From Burkholderiales bacterium (GTDB taxonomy: Bacteria > Pseudomonadota > Gammaproteobacteria > Burkholderiales > SG8-41): a stretch of 64,000 nt of DNA. Numbering within the stretch: the first letter of the stretch is position 1; each line of letters starts with the position of its first letter. Positions 59,909 to 64,000 of the stretch are shown here, piece after piece. Where the stretch lies: the NCBI GenBank assembly GCA_038316355.1, contig JBBQAO010000001.1:23076-87075 (forward strand), given 5' to 3'. The notes under the pieces are model-generated. The model did no database searches, was not told the DNA's origin, and was given only the letters and a program-made list of their open reading frames with translations. Position numbers and translations under genes: made by a program.

Positions 59909-62049
59909 AAAAAAGCAAAATTCTGGTATTCGCACTGATTGCGGCAGGCATTGCCGCTTTTTTTGTGTTTGACCTGAAGCAATATTTCACGCTCGATTAT
60001 TTCCAGACGCAGCGCGCCGTCATCGACGCCGAGGTGCAAGCCCGTCCGCTGCGTGCGGCGCTGCTGTTTTTTTCCGCTTATGTCGCGGTGACCGGCCTGT
60101 CGCTGCCAGGGGCGGCGATCATGACGCTGGTGGCCGGCGCCGTATTTGGCCTGCTGTGGGGCACGCTGATCGTGTCCTTCGCTTCGACCCTCGGCGCCAC
60201 GCTGGCTTTCCTCGCCTCGCGCTTCCTGCTGCGCGACTGGGTGCAGGAGAAATTCGGCGACAAACTGAAACCGATCAACGAAGGCGTCGCCCGCGAGGGC
60301 GCGTTTTACCTGTTCGCGCTGCGTCTGGTGCCGGCGTTTCCGTTTTTCGCGATCAACCTGGTGATGGGTCTGACGCCCATCCGAACCTGGACCTACTACT
60401 GGGTCAGCCAGATCGGCATGTTCGCCGGCACCGTGGTCTTCGTCTACGCCGGCACACAACTCGGCGCCTTCAGAATTTCTGCGGGCCTGCTGTTCGCCTT
60501 CGCGCTGCTCGGCATTTTCCCGCTGGTGGCCAAGAAAGTGCTGGATGCTCTCAAGGCGCGCAAGGTCTACGCCGGCTGGATCCGCCCGGCGCGTTACGAC
60601 CGCAATCTCGTCGTCATCGGCGGCGGCTCGGCGGGGCTGGTGTCCTCGTATATCGCGGCCGCGGTGAAATCAAAAGTGACCCTGGTGGAGCGGCACAAGA
60701 TGGGCGGCGACTGCCTCAACACCGGCTGCGTGCCGTCGAAGGCCCTGATCAAGTCGGCCAAACTGCTGGCGACGATGAAACACGCCAGCCACTACGGCCT
60801 GAAAGACACGCAGGTACATTTTGATTTTGCTGAAATCATGGAACGCATACAGCGCGTGATCCGCGAAATCGAGCCGCACGACTCTGTGGAGCGCTACACT
60901 GCGCTCGGGGTCGAATGTCTGCAGGGCACGGCAAAAATCACATCGCCATGGTCGGTCGAGATCAAGACTGCGGCCGGCACGCAGACGCTGACCACCCGCA
61001 GCATCGTCATCGCCGCCGGCGCCCGTCCCTTCGTGCCGCCGATCCCCGGCATCGACGATGTCGGTTGCCTGACTTCGGACACGATATGGGATCTGCGGGA
61101 ACTGCCGAAGCGAATGGTGGTGCTTGGCGGCGGCCCGATCGGCTGCGAACTGACGCAATGTTTCGCGCGACTCGGATCAAAAGTCACACAGGTCGAAATG
61201 CTGCCGCGAATCATGATCCGCGAAGATCCGGAATTCTCCGGCATGGTGTTCGACAGATTCCGCAGTGAAGGCGTCGATGTGCTGGTCAATCACAAGGCAC
61301 AGCGCTTCGCCGTTGAAAACGGCGAGAAAGTGCTCTACTGCGAGACCGGTGGCGCCAGCGAGAAACGCGAAGTGCGCATCGTGTTTGACGCGCTGCTCTG
61401 CGCCGTCGGCCGCGTCGCCAACACCACCGGTTACGGACTGGAGGAACTCGGCATTCCGGTGACCAAGGCACGCACCGTCGAAGTCAACGAATTCCTGCAG
61501 ACCCGATACCCGAACATCCTCGCCTGCGGCGACGTCGCCGGCCCCTACCAGTTCACGCACACGGCGGCACACACGGCCTGGTACGCGGCGGTCAACGGCC
61601 TGTTCGGCGGCTTCAAAAAATTCCGCGTCGATTATTCGGTGATTCCCTGGGCCACTTTCACCGATCCGGAAGTGGCGCGGGTCGGCCTTAATGAAACCGA
61701 GGCCAAAGAAAAAGGCATCCCGTACGAAGTCACCACTTACGGCATCGACGACCTGGACCGCGCCATCGCCGACGGCAATGCCCACGGCCTGGTCAAAGTG
61801 CTGACCGTGCCTGGCAAGGACAGGATCCTCGGCGCCACCATCGCCGGCGAACACGCCGGCGACCTGATCACCGAATTCATCACCGCGATGAAGCACGGCA
61901 TCGGCCTCAACAAGATCCTCGGCACCATCCACATCTATCCGACGCTGGCGGAAGCCAACAAGTATGTCGCCGGCAACTGGAAGCGCGCCCATGCGCCTAA
62001 AAAGGCGCTGCAATGGGTGGAGAAATTTCACGCCTGGCGTCGCGGTTGA
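59905..62049 (+). CDS. DedA/VTT (SNARE-associated) domain fused to FAD-dependent pyridine nucleotide-disulfide oxidoreductase
   Basis: N-terminal TGLSLPGA..RLVPAFPF..NL; then GGGSAG, GGDCLNTGCVPSK, GGGPIGCE, FTDPE, HIYPT. Confidence 0.9.
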   Translation: MKKSKILVFALIAAGIAAFFVFDLKQYFTLDYFQTQRAVIDAEVQARPLRAALLFFSAYVAVTGLSLPGAAIMTLVAGAVFGLLWGTLIVSFASTLGATLAFLASRFLLRDWVQEKFGDKLKPINEGVAREGAFYLFALRLVPAFPFFAINLVMGLTPIRTWTYYWVSQIGMFAGTVVFVYAGTQLGAFRISAGLLFAFALLGIFPLVAKKVLDALKARKVYAGWIRPARYDRNLVVIGGGSAGLVSSYIAAAVKSKVTLVERHKMGGDCLNTGCVPSKALIKSAKLLATMKHASHYGLKDTQVHFDFAEIMERIQRVIREIEPHDSVERYTALGVECLQGTAKITSPWSVEIKTAAGTQTLTTRSIVIAAGARPFVPPIPGIDDVGCLTSDTIWDLRELPKRMVVLGGGPIGCELTQCFARLGSKVTQVEMLPRIMIREDPEFSGMVFDRFRSEGVDVLVNHKAQRFAVENGEKVLYCETGGASEKREVRIVFDALLCAVGRVANTTGYGLEELGIPVTKARTVEVNEFLQTRYPNILACGDVAGPYQFTHTAAHTAWYAAVNGLFGGFKKFRVDYSVIPWATFTDPEVARVGLNETEAKEKGIPYEVTTYGIDDLDRAIADGNAHGLVKVLTVPGKDRILGATIAGEHAGDLITEFITAMKHGIGLNKILGTIHIYPTLAEANKYVAGNWKRAHAPKKALQWVEKFHAWRRG

Positions 62050-62196
62050 ACCACAAGCACGGAACATGGCCCAAGCCATGGCTTTGGAGCCCTTTTATGA
62101 ACCGCCGGATTGTCCCTCGCGAACTTGAAATATCCGAACTTGAAATACCATCAACAGTTACTGAGTTATTTATAACTATTTGATTATATTGATAAA

Positions 62197-63024
62197 ATGA
62201 AAAAACTTCTGCTTACCCTGCTACTCGCGGCGCTGCCGCTGACCACCCTCGCCCAAACCTTCGACCACGAACACAAAGCCTGGGCCGCGTTGCTGAAAAA
62301 GCACGTGGTACTGATCAGCGGCAACAAGGCTTCGCAAGTCCGTTATGCCGGACTGATGCAGGACCGCGCCGCACTGAAAAGCTATCTCGACACGCTGGCC
62401 AGAGTCAGTCCGGCCGACTTCAAGGGCTGGGGCAAGAACCAGCAACTGGCGTTCCTGATCAACGCCTACAACGCCAACATGGCCGAGAAAATCCTTTTGC
62501 GCTATCCCAACATCAAGTCGGTGTGGGATTTCGGCAAACTATTCGGCAACCCGTTCAAGGATGATTTCATCGACTTGTTCGGCCGCAAGGTCACGCTCGA
62601 TTTCATTGAACACGAAACCATACGCGCGCCGGGCGCCTATGACGATCCGCGCATCCATTTCGCGGTCAACTGCGCATCGATCAGTTGCCCGATGCTGCGC
62701 GAGGAGCCTTATGTGGCCGAGAAAATCGACGCGCAACTGGAGGAACAGACCGTGCGCTTCCTATCCGATCACTCGCGCAACCGGGTCAGCGCCGACGGCA
62801 AACTTGAAGTCTCGAAAATATTCGATTCCTCCCCGTGGTACGGCGGTGATTTCCGCAAGGGGCACAAGGGCTACAAGACGCTGGAAGGATTTTTCGCGAA
62901 ATATGCGAATCTGCTCAGCGACAATGTTGAGCTGCAAAAACTTGTCCGCGACGGCAAGGCTGAAATCCGCCATCTGGATTATGACTGGGGCCTGAACGAC
63001 ACGGCTTCGGCTCGCGGCAAATGA
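62197..63024 (+). CDS. DUF547 family exported protein
   Basis: Signal peptide, LAFLINAYNA, DPRIHFAVNCASISCP.L, YDWGLN. Confidence 0.88.
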   Translation: MKKLLLTLLLAALPLTTLAQTFDHEHKAWAALLKKHVVLISGNKASQVRYAGLMQDRAALKSYLDTLARVSPADFKGWGKNQQLAFLINAYNANMAEKILLRYPNIKSVWDFGKLFGNPFKDDFIDLFGRKVTLDFIEHETIRAPGAYDDPRIHFAVNCASISCPMLREEPYVAEKIDAQLEEQTVRFLSDHSRNRVSADGKLEVSKIFDSSPWYGGDFRKGHKGYKTLEGFFAKYANLLSDNVELQKLVRDGKAEIRHLDYDWGLNDTASARGK

Positions 63025-63039
63025 ACCGCATCGCAATGC

Positions 63040-63675
63040 ATGGATAGGGCCCGCCGGGTCGCGCAGTTGATCGAGGTCATGCGCCAGGGGGAAATCCTTG
63101 CTGCGCATACCGCGTTGCGCCAATCCCGCATTGCACCCCTGCCCTGGATGCGGCGCGCGCTTGAAATACAGGCCGCGCAGGAACGCAGCCATGTTGCCCT
63201 GGCCACCGTCGCCGCAGGCATTGCCGGTTTCACTCATCCCCGTGGCGCTGTGCCGGACTTGATCGTCCCTTTGCGCCTGCGACTGGAGCGCGATCTTGAT
63301 GCCGGCAATCTCGCCGCCTCACTGCTTGGCCTGCAGGGTGTGATCGAGCATCTGGGCGAGACTCTGCTGGAGCAGCTCGGCCGCCATGCGCATCCCGCGG
63401 GCGCGGTTCTGCATGCCCTGCGCCGCAAAGTTCTGGCCCAGGAATACGGCCATGTCCAGCTGGGCGCGCGCTGCCTGCAGGCTCTTGCGCCGGGTACGGA
63501 ACAGGCCGATGCACTGCACGCTTATCGCGCCCTCGGCCGTGATGCCGCGCTGCAGGTGACCGGATTGCTGGATGATGCCCGCCTTGACGCCGCCGCATTC
63601 TGGCGGGGCGTCGAGCAGCGACTCGAAGACTGGCATTATGACGCGCAGGCATCGCGGACCTGCGTCCTGTCATGA
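63040..63675 (+). CDS. ferritin-like four-helix bundle protein
   Basis: E..QERSH..E..QEYGH spacing typical of diiron-carboxylate proteins; stop overlaps the next ATG. Confidence 0.55.
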   Translation: MDRARRVAQLIEVMRQGEILAAHTALRQSRIAPLPWMRRALEIQAAQERSHVALATVAAGIAGFTHPRGAVPDLIVPLRLRLERDLDAGNLAASLLGLQGVIEHLGETLLEQLGRHAHPAGAVLHALRRKVLAQEYGHVQLGARCLQALAPGTEQADALHAYRALGRDAALQVTGLLDDARLDAAAFWRGVEQRLEDWHYDAQASRTCVLS

Positions 63676-64000
63676 TTTCCGTCGTAATCCCCGCGCTCAA
63701 TGAGGAACGTGCATTGCCGCGCACGCTCTCGCGGGTCGAGGCTCAGGACAGTCTCCACGAAATCATTGTCTGCGACGGCGGCAGCACCGACGGCACGCAC
63801 CTGGCCGCAAAACGGCCGGGCGTGAAATGGATTTCTGCCCGACGTGGCCGCGGCGCGCAAATGAACGCCGGCGCCCGGTCGGCAAACGGAGAATGGCTGT
63901 TGTTCCTGCACGCCGACACCCTGCTCCCCGCCGGTGCGCTTGAGGCGATTGCCGCACTGCCATCCCACATCGAGGCCGGCTGTTTCCACCAGGCCTTCAG
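63672..64000 (+). CDS. GT2 glycosyltransferase (TIGR04283-like, ArsS-associated), truncated by window edge
   Basis: Not in ORF track. Manual translation MISVVIPALNEE...VCDGGSTDGT...GRGAQMNAGA...LLFLHADT. Confidence 0.88.
   Translation, partial: MISVVIPALNEERALPRTLSRVEAQDSLHEIIVCDGGSTDGTHLAAKRPGVKWISARRGRGAQMNAGARSANGEWLLFLHADTLLPAGALEAIAALPSHIEAGCFHQAF

Noticed and set aside
59905-62049. Mercury resistance (merA) call
   Set aside because: No C-terminal Cys pair, no NmerA domain and no merR/T/P nearby.
62121-62160. sigmaE promoter from GAACTT boxes
   Set aside because: No TCAAA/TCTGA -10 element at the proper 16-17 bp spacing.

Overview
A 64 kb GC-rich chromosomal window, most likely betaproteobacterial (multiple Bug/TctC receptors, argD-argF-argG-ppnP-bph-yajQ, ribF-ileS-lspA-ispH next to a type IV minor pilin cluster, murJ/rpsT, xseB-ispA-dxs). 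From left to right: a catabolic/transport region with a sigma54/NtrC-type promoter, tRNA-Thr(CGT), the pilE-fimT-pilV-pilW-pilX-pilY1-tonB cluster, housekeeping genes, cysI/cysB followed by a PhnCDE-like (putative selenate) ABC transporter, arginine genes, chrA, two toxin-antitoxin modules (one toxin frameshifted at a T8 run), ribBA/folE/dxs/ispA/xseB, and an accessory redox island at the right end. The main discovery is in that island. Four ORF-track fragments at 52659-54530 are best read as two selenoprotein genes with in-frame UGA codons at catalytic positions, each followed by a SECIS-like hairpin: an AhpD/CMD-like protein (C-H-Y-U) and an orphan GrdB/PrdB-like protein (U-P-N-C) with a long C-terminal extension. 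They sit in a TetR-containing operon with a Cys-only AhpD paralog and a DUF302 protein, divergent from an ArsS-type radical SAM cluster (SSS transporter, degenerate metallophosphoesterase, DedA-flavoprotein fusion, DUF547, ferritin-like protein, GT2 glycosyltransferase). All family assignments come from motif recognition by eye; no database searches were run.
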